DNA of 64,000 nucleotides from Octopus vulgaris (taxonomy: Eukaryota), in contig OX597823.1 of the NCBI GenBank assembly GCA_951406725.2, positions 44,516,001 through 44,580,000 of the forward strand, read 5' to 3'. Every line of letters begins with the position of its first letter. Position 1 is the first letter of the stretch. Shown here in pieces: positions 13,974-26,229 of this stretch. A program made the translations under genes and the position numbers. The notes beneath the pieces are model-generated. The model saw only the letters and a list, made by a program, of their open reading frames with translations, had not been told where the DNA came from and ran no database searches.

Positions 13974-14405
13974 GGATCTTTTCGGTTTGAACGGCAGTTT
14001 TTCTAGCGGTGTCATAAGAAATTGTCACCCACAATTATGACCCTAGTATTGATCTATTGCATTTCAATCTGTTTTAGGGTTAGGGTTAGTTAGGGTTAGG
14101 GTTAGGGGTGGGGGAAGGGTATCTTTTTTTCTTCAGAAATGTAAATAAACCCAATCTGTTTCTTAAACTAGGGACATATTCATACGGCACAGAATGTTTT
14201 CACCTCAATAGACGTCATTGATTGGTTGAAATTGCAGAAATTGAAGAAAAAAAAACAACAAATATCTTACAAACTATAGAATTTTATCAATAAAGCCAAG
14301 AGAAAAAGATGTTTAATGAACACATTCTACCAGTATACGAATTTTAAAAGTGTTTTGTTACGTGGAAATTATTTTAAAAAACTGCCGTTCAAACCGAAAA
14401 GATCC
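13974..14405. mobile_element. Merlin-type MITE with internal TTAGGG repeats
   Basis: Perfect 29-bp TIRs GGATCTTTTCGGTTTGAACGGCAGTTTTT; 8-bp TSD TAGAAATG (13966-13973 and 14406-14413); GG termini and 8-bp TSD fit Merlin. Confidence 0.88.
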
Positions 14406-14562
14406 TAGAAATGGAGTGCACCATTGAATAGAAGTGTCTATCTTGGAAATTTCGATGTATTATTATCAAATGTGATTTCTTTTCATTCATGACAGTTTTG
14501 ATTCATTTGAAAAAAGTGCCTTTTCATGGCGAAGAAAACTAGTTCTTTCTGTTTTGTTTTGA

Positions 14563-14601
<39 letters not shown>

Positions 14602-14624
14602 CACAGATATGTACTGAGTGGGTG

Positions 14625-14659
<35 letters not shown>

Positions 14660-14699
14660 ACCGAGGGGAGTATACTCACACACATATATAAATGTATAT

Positions 14700-14991
14700 A
14701 TTCCGAAATAGTCATGCAAATAAGCTCGCTTTCGTTTGATATATAAAATATACATACATACTCCAAAGTAAATATATGTAGGGATATTTTCTTTTACTTA
14801 TTTCGGTCACTTTGACTGTGGCCATGCTGGAGCACTGCTTTTAGTCGAATAAATCGACACTGGACTTATTCTATGTAAGCCTGGTACTTATTCTATCGGT
14901 GTCTTAGGCCGAACCGCTAAGTTACGGGGATTTAAACACACCAAGATCGGTTGTCAAATGATACTAGTGGGAAAAAGACACAAATGCACAA

Positions 14992-15063
<72 letters not shown>

Positions 15064-15805
15064 GATAGACTTCTTTCAGTCTACTGACAAGAGTTTAGTC
15101 GGCCCGAGGCTATAGTAGAAGACACTTGCATAAAGTGCCATGCAGTGGAACTGAACCCGGAACCATGTGGTTAGGATGCAAGCTTCTTATCACACAGTCA
15201 CACCTGCGCCTATATATATATAAAGAAAAATTAACAGAAGCTGAAAATATTCTCAAGATGAACACTATTAGCATATAGATATTTATATATTTACAGAGCA
15301 AATTTACATGGAGTACAACAATACAGAAAAACTAACGAGGAGAGGGCATTGTATTTCAAGTCCGACTGCTTTTTCTGCCGTTTGGCATTGCGCAATGTTG
15401 GCAGATGGAGTGTGCAAAACGTTAAGGATATGCAACCAGTAGAGGATGCAAATAAAAGCACAACCGTAAAGTCGGCTTCCGTCTTCAGGATGGAAAGATT
15501 GGCAACTAGTATTTGCCGACATTACAACTATTACATAATTGCGAGCTCCCTGAAACAACTGTCGGACCTGAGATACCACGCTCTCTCTCCTTGGTTTTCT
15601 GTATTTATTGTATTCCATGTAAATTTGTTCTGTAAATATATAAATATCCATATGCTAATACACATGTGTTCATCTTGTGAATACGTTCAGTTTTTGCTTC
15701 TTTTTCTATATATCCTTATACATATTTACATGTGTATACGTACATATGTATGCATATTTTATATATCAAGCTCAAGCGTGTTTATTTGCATCACTATCTC
15801 CATAT
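14700..15805. mobile_element. Long fold-back cassette with a hammerhead-like motif; left arm interrupted by a SINE
   Basis: 14700-14790 plus 15225-15370 is an inverted copy of ~15550-15805; minus strand CTGAAGA...GAAAAAGCAGTC; plus arm GAAACAACTGTC. Confidence 0.65.
14790..15212 (-). mobile_element. SINE family A nested in the fold-back arm
   Basis: Reverse-complement match to 7498-7890. Confidence 0.88.
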
Positions 15806-15954
15806 CTGCTCACCTCGTTTCGTCCCATAGCCACTCTTTAACTCGTAGACTTAGTATTCGAAAAAGACTTCAACGTGTAAGTTCAAATCATTCGAGCGCA
15901 ACTACGTGCTTTCTGTATTGAGTATCTCTGGATCTCACCTGTTGACTCTATGTA

Positions 15955-16395
15955 TAAGCGAATGTAGAACTGTGTGGTAAGAAGATTACTTCCCAACCAT
16001 ATGGTTCCTGGTTCAATCCCACTGCGTGGATCCTTGGGCAATTGTCTTCTACTACAGCCTCGGGCCGACCAAAGCCTTGTGAGTGGATTTGGTCGACGGA
16101 AACTGAAAGTAGACCGCCGTGTATATATATATATGTGTGTGAGTGTGTGTGTGTGTGCGTGTGTGTGTGTGAGTGCGTGTGTACGTGAGTGTGTGTATGT
16201 GTTAGTTCCCCCGCGTTTACTTGACAATCGATGCTGGTATGTTTATGTCCCCGTAACTTAGTGGTTCGGCAAAAGATATCGATAGAATAAGTAATAGGCT
16301 TACAATAAGTGTCGATTTCTTAGACTAAAACCATTTAAGGCGGTGCTCCAACATGGCCGCAATCATATGAGTGAAACAAGTAAAAGAATAAAAGA
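15955..16395 (+). mobile_element. SINE family A
   Basis: Full-length match; another 3' fragment lies at ~16963-17120. Confidence 0.9.
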
Positions 16396-16445
16396 TTATA
16401 AATATATATATGAATATATACTCGATATATATTGCAAGCGGAGAG

Positions 16446-17295
16446 AGAGAGCTTCCTACTATTTTATCCCCAAGATCACCGGATCGTACGGTTTCGACCT
16501 CTGTATGGTCATCCTCGGTGATAGATACTCGTCCGCTAGATATAGCAGTAGTTCACTTCAGTTTGCAATATGCAGGAAATAAGTGACACAGTGATCCTGC
16601 AACAAGTAAATTAGCTAGTTAGGAAAATCTCTATAAGCGATCAAAGCAGTATTTACAATGAAAAGTAGGGTTTAACGCCACCTAAACACGAGTGCTCCCT
16701 AGGAACAGACGATACTGCTATTTTAACTCCAGGAGAACACCTCATCCAGCTGGCTATTCAGTGCTGAAGCGGCATTTTCCTGATTAGCAAATTTGCATAT
16801 TGCAAGATCAGTGACTGCGTGTCATCTATTTCCTATATATTGCGAGCTGGAGTGAACTACTGCTATGTCTAGCAGACGATTATCCATGACTGAAGATGAC
16901 TTTAAAGAGGACGAAACAGTACGGTCTGATGGTCTCGGGGCTAAAATAGTAGGGAGTTCTCTTTGCTTGACAACCGATGCTGGTATGTTTATGCCCCCGT
17001 AACTTAGCGGTTCGGCAAAAGATATCGATAGAATAAGTAATAGGCTTACAAAGAATAAGTGCTTGGGTCGACTTCTTCGACTAAAACCATTTAAACCGGT
17101 GCTCCAGCATGGCCGCAGTATATATCGAATGCAGGGTGCACTGAATAACCAGCTGGATGAGGCGTTCTCCTGGAGTTAAAATAGCAGTACCGTCGGTTCC
17201 TAGGGAACACCTGTGCTTAGGTGACGTTAAACATTACTTCTTAGTAAAAATACTACTTTGATCTCTTATAGAGATTTTCGTTACAAGCTAATTAT
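16446..17295. mobile_element. Fold-back cassette with a hammerhead motif in each arm and an inverted extra copy of its loop
   Basis: Arms ~16446-16628 and ~16772-16962; plus CTGAAGA(16890)...GAAA-CAGTACGG-TC; minus CCGAGGA-TGACC...GGTC-GAAA-CCGTACGA-TC; loop ~16610-16764 is inverted at ~17138-17295. Confidence 0.72.
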
Positions 17296-17297
17296 GT

Positions 17298-17350
<53 letters not shown>

Positions 17351-17659
17351 TGTGTGTGTGTGTGTGTATATACATATAAGCGTATATAAATACACTAACA
17401 CATATATATGTGGTGCTTGTGAGTGTGTTAATTCCACATACACTCATATAACTACATATAGATATTCATTCAACCGTCCATCTGTCCGTCCGTCCGTCCG
17501 TCCGTCCATCCGTCCGTCTATCCATATTCTTGGACAGAACCTGAGATAATTAAATAGACTGATGTGATCATCCTATAGGCAGACAGGTTAATAGGTAGAC
17601 CTGCAAGATGTTAACTTGATTTACACACACACACATACACACACACATACACACATATG

Positions 17660-17954
17660 CACACACATATTTAGACAGATATATAGATAGATAGAGCGAT
17701 AGAGAGATGAGATAGATAATCAGGTAGAGAGATGGATAACAATGTACATATGTAGGTTGGTAAATGAGCGAAATAGACGAATAATTAATTAAATTAATTT
17801 TTGGATAAGCAGATAGAGATATATATAGAGAGATGTTACGCAAGAAAGAAAGAAAGAAAGAAAGGAAGAAAGGAAGAAAGAAAGACTGATTGATAGACAG
17901 ACAGCCATATAGATTGATTGATAGATAGGTAGGTAGGTTGGTAGACAGACAGAC

Positions 17955-17996
<42 letters not shown>

Positions 17997-18076
17997 GTTG
18001 TAGATAGATAGATAGGTAGGTTGTAGATAGATAGATATATAGATAGATAGATAGACAGACAGACAAACAGGCAGAC

Positions 18077-18130
<54 letters not shown>

Positions 18131-18134
18131 ATAA

Positions 18135-18218
<84 letters not shown>

Positions 18219-18220
18219 GT
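17660..18220. repeat. (GATA)n/(GACA)n/(GAAA)n compound microsatellite
   Basis: Seen directly. Confidence 0.95.
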
Positions 18221-18684
18221 AGTAGTGAATGACAGACATAAAGAAAATCAAGTAAGGAAAGAAGTGGGTTATGCTTTCGAAAACATGATATTAATAAATA
18301 CTTACGTAACAAATGAGAGAGACACACGTAATTCATATACTAACTCGTAGATATGTAACTCATGATCGTGAAAATACACGCACGAACAGAAACATTTAAA
18401 GACGAACATTCAAACATCACTTGGCAATAAAAAAACATTATTATATGTATACATTACAACAGATACACATACGCACATTCAGAAACATACTTAGAAATAC
18501 AAATCCAATACATACACATACTCACAGCAGTGAATTATTAAACGTGACGTACAGCGCAATACATACAATTCAAAACTGACACGAAGTTATGTATGTATCG
18601 CTTTAAACAAGTACAAAATTGTCTATGCATAAATATATATCATTCATATATACATATATGCGTGCCCTCAGACAGATCATCACA

Positions 18685-19083
18685 TCTTTATATATAAAAG
18701 AGAGGTTGTGTGTCTGTCTCCTACGATTTAGATTCCTAACTACTCCCACATTTTGCGGTGCAGTTTAACCAAAACCGGGTATCTTATAGTCGTGATTCAT
18801 ATCGAGCCCTTCTGGGTATTAGCGCGCGTCTATTATGAGTTTACGATTTAAAAAAAAAATTACCATCATTTTTTTTCCATTTTAATGCATTTTTTCGCTA
18901 TTATATAAGGGAAGTAACTCTCTAAAAATGTCTACGATGAGTCAACGATTTAAAAAAAAATTTACCATCATTCTTTTTCCATTTTTAAAGCATTTTTTTG
19001 CTATTTTTTGGCTATAACTCTCTAAAAATGCTTATATAGTTATTTCCCTTACAAACCCGAGCAACGCCGGGCGATACTGCTAG
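18685..19083 (+). mobile_element. Non-autonomous Helitron
   Basis: A|TCTTTATATATAAAAG start; CCCGAGCAACGCCGGG hairpin; CTAG|T end; internal ~115-bp tandem duplication. Confidence 0.9.
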
Positions 19084-19399
19084 TATACATATAAAAACCA
19101 CCACAGAAACGAAAAAACATTAACGTCATTTGTCTACCTCTCTACAAACATATATAAAACTGTACTCAGATTTGCTCACTCAGATTCATAATATATACAT
19201 AAACGCATGTATACATACATACATACATACATACATACATACATACATACATACATACATACATACATACACGCGCGCGTCTCTGTGTGTATGTATGCAT
19301 GTATATAAAAATGTATGTATGTATGTATGTTTGTAACTGTTTTCCAAACGAAGACCATTAGCGTCAATGGTCTGTGTGTACCACCCGTTTCACATGAGT

Positions 19400-19780
19400 G
19401 TTACCAATATGTTGGTATTGATGAAAATATATCATACAAAGGGTGTGATGCACAAAGATAGAGTGACCAAAGAATATTGCATCAGACTTGAAAAAAATAT
19501 GGCAACCAGTACTTTCTTCTAACAACAAGACAATATCCCAACATCGTAATTGCCGTACAACCACTAGCACCAATATACTGGGTAATTGACTGGACTACAA
19601 AGGAAATCCACTCTATAGACATTAAAACACGCAATATCCTGACATCAAATGGAAGCTTTCATAGAAATAGTGATATAGACAAGTTCTGTCACCGAAGACA
19701 AGGGAAGATGCTTAAGATCAGTCGTTGTAGACATTCTTTGACTACCGTAGGATGACATCAATCAGACAGAATCTGATAAA
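19400..19780 (+). mobile_element. R4/Dong-type LINE internal relic
   Basis: DWTTKEIHSIDIKTRNILTSNGSFHRNSDIDK, the post-RT segment typical of R4-clade elements. Confidence 0.7.
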
Positions 19781-19884
19781 AAAAATAACACATACACACA
19801 CAAAAAACAAAGAGCAAAAAAGTAAATAAAATGTAAAAAAAAACAATCGTAAACACATATACATTGGAAACCAAATCGAACCAA

Positions 19885-19990
19885 TGATGGTAAGTTCTAC
19901 GTGCTAGAAATAGCAACCAAAATCTACTTCAAATCATGTTTTAAGTAAAGTAAGACATAGTGAATGCTGCAGTCGTAGATATACCTATGA
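19885..19990 (+). repeat. Old dispersed repeat (ctacgtgctagaaatagcaaccaaa...)
   Basis: Related segments at ~22585-22770, ~29265-29400 and ~39410-39480. Confidence 0.5.
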
Positions 19991-20026
19991 AAAATGAAGA
20001 TACCATTAATCATAGGTTTCTTTGAT

Positions 20027-20315
20027 CAGAACTGCGCTCGTCGGCTGCTGGGTCACTCCGAAAAGCTCTATCTGCGACGATTTCATCTCAATCGAAGGAG
20101 AGGGGCTTTCTCCGTCCGGATTGCGGATCCGTGGAATAAGCTGCCGGACGAGATAGTGAAGATGCCGACGACCACTCGGTTCAAAGTCTCCCTTGACCAC
20201 AAGTGGCCTGAACTCTTTACATGAACACCACCCTGTACATAACTCCATGTCCCCCTACATGGCCTTGCTTTTTGCTTTTTGAGCCAAAAATTAACTAACT
20301 AACTAACTAACTAAC
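20027..20315 (+). mobile_element. CR1-type LINE 3' end with (AACT)n tail
   Basis: GHSEKL...AFSVRIADPWNKLPDEIV...FKVSLD is the canonical CR1 ORF2 C-terminus. Confidence 0.88.
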
Positions 20316-20501
20316 ATAACAACAGCAACAACTAAAACAACAACAACGACGACGACAACAACAATAACAAGAACAGCTACAATAACAACAACAACCTAAA
20401 CTTACTACTGAAAATTGACGAAAGAAACCCGCACATCACAACAGAACTCTTTACGAAGCGTTCATAGACAGATATGTAGAGGGATAGATGGATGGATAAA
20501 C

Positions 20502-20590
<89 letters not shown>

Positions 20591-20839
20591 CACTTGTGTA
20601 CACCGTCAAGGAAGACAGACAGACAGAAAGATAGACGGATTGACAAATAGCCTGACAAACAGAAACTGAGAGAGGAGAAAGGGATCACACACGCATCCAT
20701 CCATATATAAATTACTTAAGAATGAATTAAAGGTGAATTCCTGAAGAAGCGCGGAGTTCTTAATGTTCCAAGAAACGCTTAACTACTGAACAAATCAGCC
20801 TAAACAATGGAGAAGCATTCTACTTACTGGCAAAAAGTG

Positions 20840-20987
20840 GTTAGTTAGTTAATTTTTTGGCTCAAAAAGCAAAAAGCAAGGCCATGTAGGGGGACATGGA
20901 GTTATGTACAGGGTGGTGTTCATGTAAAGAGTTCAGGCCACTTGTCGTCAAGGGAGACTTTGAACCGAGCGGTCGTCGGCATCTTCA
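20840..20987 (-). mobile_element. Second, shorter copy of the same CR1-type 3' end
   Basis: Near-identical reverse complement of ~20157-20303. Confidence 0.9.
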
Positions 20988-21149
20988 ACCGTGAAGTGAA
21001 AGCAAAATGTCCCCCACCCAAAAAAAAACTAGAAGTAACGACACTGACATCCCAATATTTCATAAAAAGAAAAATAACTCCTTTATGCTACATCCACAGG
21101 CCTCAAATTGTATCATAAATTCTAATGATGTGTTAAGTTTTTCACAAAT

Positions 21150-22000
21150 AGCAGCTGAGGCATACTGTTCCAACGTACTTTATCTAGCAACGAACACTAT
21201 TGTGAAGGCAATTTGATGGCTTGCATGTCGATGCATGATAGCCGATATAGTTACATATTAGCAATGCAATAATATAGCGCGATTAATTAGCTGTAGAGAA
21301 TGGAACCGACAGGAAGCTCTGGCGATGTTACTGTAGATTCACTCGGACTATGCGAGCCAAATCCTGTTTTGAGAAGAACCCTTTGACCCTACCAATATCA
21401 ATTCAGCTAATGTCAATGTACTATCTGCAGGATGAAATGATTTTGGGGATGCAATATATAATAATAACGTGGCTGATTTGTGTGATTTGTTTGTTCCTTC
21501 TCGAGCCATGTCTGGCTCATAAAGGCCGGTTTCCCGGTTTCTTGGCGTATAGGTTCTCCACCTGGACGGGACGCCGGTCTGTCGCAGGTGAGCTGCAAGA
21601 GGAAAGAGTGAGAGAAAGTTGTGGCGAAAGAGTCAGCAGAAGTTCGCCATTACCTTCTGCCAGAGCCGCGTGGAGCTTAGGTGTTGCGCTCATAAACACA
21701 CACATCGCCCGATCTGAGATTCGAACCCGCGATCTCTCGACCGCCAGTCCGCTGCTCTAACCACTAGGCCATGTACCGCCACAATTTGTGTGATTTCCTT
21801 AGATATGTATGTGAGTAGCACTTGGAAGCTCATCCACAGCTGACTGAATGATGTCCAATGATTGTGGAAATAGACGAATCAAAAAGTGAGCTTCAGAAAT
21901 TTCACCGAGTAGAGTGGGATAATGAGTACTGGGTGTTTGGTGTAGTGGATAGGGTTACAGGAAAATGCTCCTTGATTAAGATCCCTAATTTATTTATATC
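21150..22000 (+). mobile_element. Merlin (IS1595/ISXO2-like) transposase relic
   Basis: WRCYC...RAKSCFE and VEIDESK...WVFGVVDRVTGKC motifs. Confidence 0.8.
21489..21783 (-). mobile_element. tRNA-derived SINE with V-domain-like 3' part, nested in the Merlin relic
   Basis: A box TGGCCTAGTGG, B box GGTTCGAATC; CCTGCGACAGACCGGCGTCCCGTCCAGG; 13-bp TSD ATTTGTGTGATTT (21476-21488 and 21784-21796). Confidence 0.9.
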
Positions 22001-22854
22001 ATACGTTCATGAGCATGAGTGGCGAAACAAATTTAAAATCGAGAAAAACTATTCACGAATCTCATTTCATGCATTATGAAATGTCCGTTATGTTTTCCTG
22101 TAAATGTTTTTGTTTTCCATCATATATAAAATATATCTACGGTTTTTATGTTATACTAAATATACGTACGTTCTATACAGTTCTTGTCAATGTCTCTACT
22201 TCCGTTGTTTTTTCAGCATTTTTTTACGATACATTTTACCTTCACTTTTTTTTTTACAACGGTAAACTGCCTATTAACCTAAAAAGTTATGCATAGGCAT
22301 GTTTCTTGGAAACTTGAGAGTGACACCAATACAGAGAGGAAGTGTAGCTTCTTTTTGACACATGAACACAACGTTTCATCCAAGAGTAAGCAAAACCCAT
22401 GAACCTCAAAATGCAACTGATAATAGTGAATATATTACATTTCTGTGTAAGATAGCTCTCAAAAATGTCAAGATATTACTTTCTTATCTGGTATGATCTT
22501 GTTTCTGAAACAATATACAAAACCAAACGGAAGAAGGACAACGCTGGGGTAAATACTGAATATATATTTTTGACGTTGAGTACGCCTACATGCTAGAAAT
22601 AACAATTAAACCTCTCCCATCCCTAATCACCTAAGATAGGGAAATCTAATCCTAAGGATAGTGTAGTCCTATACACCACACAAAAAGACAAAATAACGGG
22701 ATGGTCATAGCCGAAATGCCTTTGATTATATGTCTGTTCAATCAGGGATGATTTAAGGTTAAACAATATAAACAAAACAATAACAACAACAGCAGCAGCG
22801 GCAGCGGCAACAACAACAACAATGAAGTTAGATATTAGATAAAAAAAAAAATGT

Positions 22855-23230
22855 ACTATTACAACAGAGGTCAGCTGCTTAGTGGATGTGAACATTTTTT
22901 TCAAAGTCAGAGAGGAGACTATTTATGGCTAATTGCTTCGAAACCTGTTGCTTCTCAACCTAGATAACAAATTTATATCTGTACCTACAATCATCAGGGC
23001 ATTTGGCAACATTACAAATAACCAACTTGAAAAGTTGTTATTCTCAGGCAAAAGAAGAGACCATATGTTATTTGAGTAAATACGACCAGTAAGTGTAGAA
23101 AATATAGAAAACGTTAATGAAATTACCATGTAACTCTGTCACTTTATAAATTCAAATGATGTAGCTTTGTTTCTTTGTTAGAAACCATTTCATTCTTTAT
23201 AAGAGAAGCAACCTGAGAATTGAAAATAAT
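22855..23230 (+). mobile_element. RLE-LINE family B 3' end abutting (CATA)n
   Basis: EVSCLVDVN...LLRNL...PTIIRAFG; 3' UTR similar to the reverse complement of 50237-50330. Confidence 0.7.
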
Positions 23231-23242
23231 ACATACATACAT

Positions 23243-23273
<31 letters not shown>

Positions 23274-23329
23274 TACACACATACATACATACATACATAC
23301 ATACATACATACATACATACATACATACA

Positions 23330-23720
23330 TTGTGTCACTCAGACAACACCTGCTATACAGGGAAGAAATGAATGAATACATTCTATGCATACCCAAAAGC
23401 AACACCATCTTCAGAACTGAAGAACTACTGTGCAGGTACTCTGAGAATATAACCGTCTCATGTGATCCAAAGGAAGCTGGACTGCTCTACCCAAACAAAA
23501 TCTTGGAGGAGAATCAAGCATCATACCAGCAAAAACAATGCATGGGTACATATCCCGTAAGCTAGAGAACAACAACAGCATTGAGAGGAAGAATAGCCTC
23601 TACTAGTCATGTGATAGATACATTACATCCCAACGTTGTACAGGAACAGAAGATAGCTATTAAATAACTGATAAACAAGAGGGACAAAGATACTGCTAAA
23701 ACTCCACGTTGTGATAAAAA
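23330..23720 (+). mobile_element. RLE-LINE family B internal relic
   Basis: KTMHGYISRKLE...QEQKI...KRDKD...CDK..RLC. Confidence 0.7.
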
Positions 23721-23769
23721 AAAAAACGTCGGCTCTGCTATACTAGTGTGGAAGCTATCACCCACTTGC

Positions 23770-25412
23770 TGATGGGGTATCAGTTGCGGTGGTTGAGTGG
23801 CTGGTTCCAGTGATATCAGATGTAACGTTCTGAGCTGCAACACTGAGCTTAATATTCCAGTGCTGGTCGTGTTGCAAAGGAGATCGAGCATATGCTTGTG
23901 GATGACCGCCGAAAGGTCCTAGAGAACTGCAGGACTTTTCGGAATGCTAGCTTCATGGTTACTTATCAGAGGATTCTTAGTTGAGTTGAGATTACGTCTG
24001 AAAGCAGCCAGTCACAGACCGAATGTCAACCGACTCAAAGACAACGGTGTAAGTAAGGTTAATTCGTAGCAGCTTAGGGCTGTGCTACGTTGGGCTGGCC
24101 TCTCGACTCTGAGAACGCGGGAAATTTACAAGGACACCCTACCGTCGACTGATAATGGGTATATTGGTTCCCAATAAAGGAGCAGGAAACGTTTCTTTTC
24201 CAGGGTGACCCTCGCATTGGTAGAGTGCAGCAGTAGAGCGAGACAGGATAGGGGCCCTGGTAATTTACTTTGGGTGCTAAGATGAGGGGTAGTTAGAGCA
24301 ATGAGGTCTGACAAGGGAAAGCAGGTTTGAGAGATTTGTATGGAGGTTGAGAGACGGTTTCACACTTCTGACTCACGTACTGCCTACTAAAGAATCTCTA
24401 TGCTTAGTAGAGGCACCTCCACACTTCGGTGTTCTGGAGTCTTAGACTTTGATGAAGCACTCCTGACAGAGGAGACCAGGAGTTGTATAAGGAGGACCTA
24501 CCTAGTACTGTTATGAATACCACATTGGTGACCTACCTATCACTAAGCTGTGACCCGCCATCCGAGACGAGGTTCGTACGGTGATAAATCAGCTGAAGGA
24601 TGTGAAGGCAGCCGGTGTTTGTTGTATCCATGGGGAGATGATCAAGAAAGATGAGCCTTCTGCAGTCTTGTTCTTGTGGCCGATCATCTGCTCAATTTGG
24701 AATAGTGGCATCATACCACCTGACTGGAAGAGATACATACATGTAAGTATCCTTATTTGGAAAGGTAAAGGTGACAGCTACGACTGTAACAACTATAAGG
24801 CTTTTTCACTCTTCTTAGTGCCTGGTAAGGTATTTGCCAAGGTTATTCTAAACAGAGTGCGAAATCATTTGATTGTCTCTCAGAGTTCACGCCAAAAAGA
24901 GGTCAGCTACTGACAGGATCTCAAAGTTTGGTTCTTCAAGTTTCTGGTCTTACTTGTCTTGCTCTACAGTTGTGGGACTTGGACACTATCTGGTGCCCTA
25001 AGGGATCGCCTGAAATCCTTCGGTAGTAGAACGCTTCGCAGGATTATGGGTTACCATTGGTCGGATTTCGTATCCAACCAGCGACTACGCTTAGAAACTT
25101 CTGTTACTTGTACGATTCGAGAATGCTAACTCAAACTGTTTGGCCGTGTTGCTTGATTTTCCGAGTTGGATCCTGCGTACTGTTTTCTCTTCTCCGAGGA
25201 TATGGCTGGGGGTGTCAACTTGTGTTGGTTAGTCACATGCCTCATGGTCACAGCAAATAAGGAAATATTTCGTGGAGATGGGAACTGGCTGGGACACTGC
25301 TCGGCGTGTTGCCTGGGACGACCCGAACAGATACCAACAAATGGTGGATGCAGTGACGTGTTCCAACGGCGCATACCTCCATACCTGACGTGACATGATC
25401 TGATCTGACCTG
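23770..25412 (+). mobile_element. RTE-clade LINE relic with internal deletions
   Basis: KAAGVCCIHGEMIK, IPPDWK, KGKGDSYDCNNYK, VPGKVFAKVILNR, LLYSCGTW; short tandem-repeat tail (TGAYS)n. Confidence 0.85.
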
Positions 25413-26229
25413 TAGTCAAGGAGACACACTCAAGAAAGTTGCACCAAAACAGAATCGCAAACAAAAAGGCTTTATGCCAGTCAGCAGAAATCATATATGG
25501 TTTTATAGTCAGAAACAAATAAACAGAGTATTCTACTTTAGAACTGCAGCCGGTATATTAGTTCTCACTTCGAAGGGTGTAGCTTTGCAATCCAGAAACA
25601 GTAAATAAGAAACAAACAAAAAAGGAGAAAACCTGACATATAAAAAGAATAAGGATGTAGGTAAAACATCTACATGGTACAACTTAATGTAGAATTAACT
25701 CCAAGATGTGATGCACATCATTAGCAGCTGTCCAAAAAATGTCCTCTTGATAGTATCTATCTATAATGTATGATGTAGTGGCCAAAACTTCATATAACTT
25801 ATCCTTAATATAAAAGATTATTGGAGTAATATTCTCATAAAAACTTTTGGAAGGTGCAGGTAGAACATACAAATCATAAAGAACTAAGACAAAAAAGAAA
25901 GAATAGAGTAAAAGAAATCAGTTCTTCAGTTGAGGAGAAGACGAAAACATTTCGTACGCCAGACTTATGAGAAATTTGCAGCTGCTACAGTCAGATGATA
26001 ACTTTATATATATATAAAGGTTTTGTAGTACTTGGCTATGTATCTAAAACACGGCACTCTTGAAAAAGTGGGCTTCACAAAACATGAAAGAACGCAGCTA
26101 AGTAGGAAATTACAATTACAAATCTAGAGCTGTAGAGCTGTGAAAATATATAAACCATTCAAAGATGTTTTATCTGTTATATGTACACGCGCACACACAC
26201 ACACGTATATCTATGAAATGCGGCATGTA

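Noticed and set aside
14074-14114. TTAGGG repeats as a telomere or fusion scar
   Set aside because: Only five units, internal to a MITE with TIRs and a TSD.
20735-20790. CTGAAGAAGCG...CGCTT hammerhead-like start
   Set aside because: GAAA and stems are not in a consistent register.
21690-21783. tRNA-like sequences here and at ~31680-31756
   Set aside because: They are SINE heads continuing into SINE bodies, one with a TSD; no complete cloverleaf.
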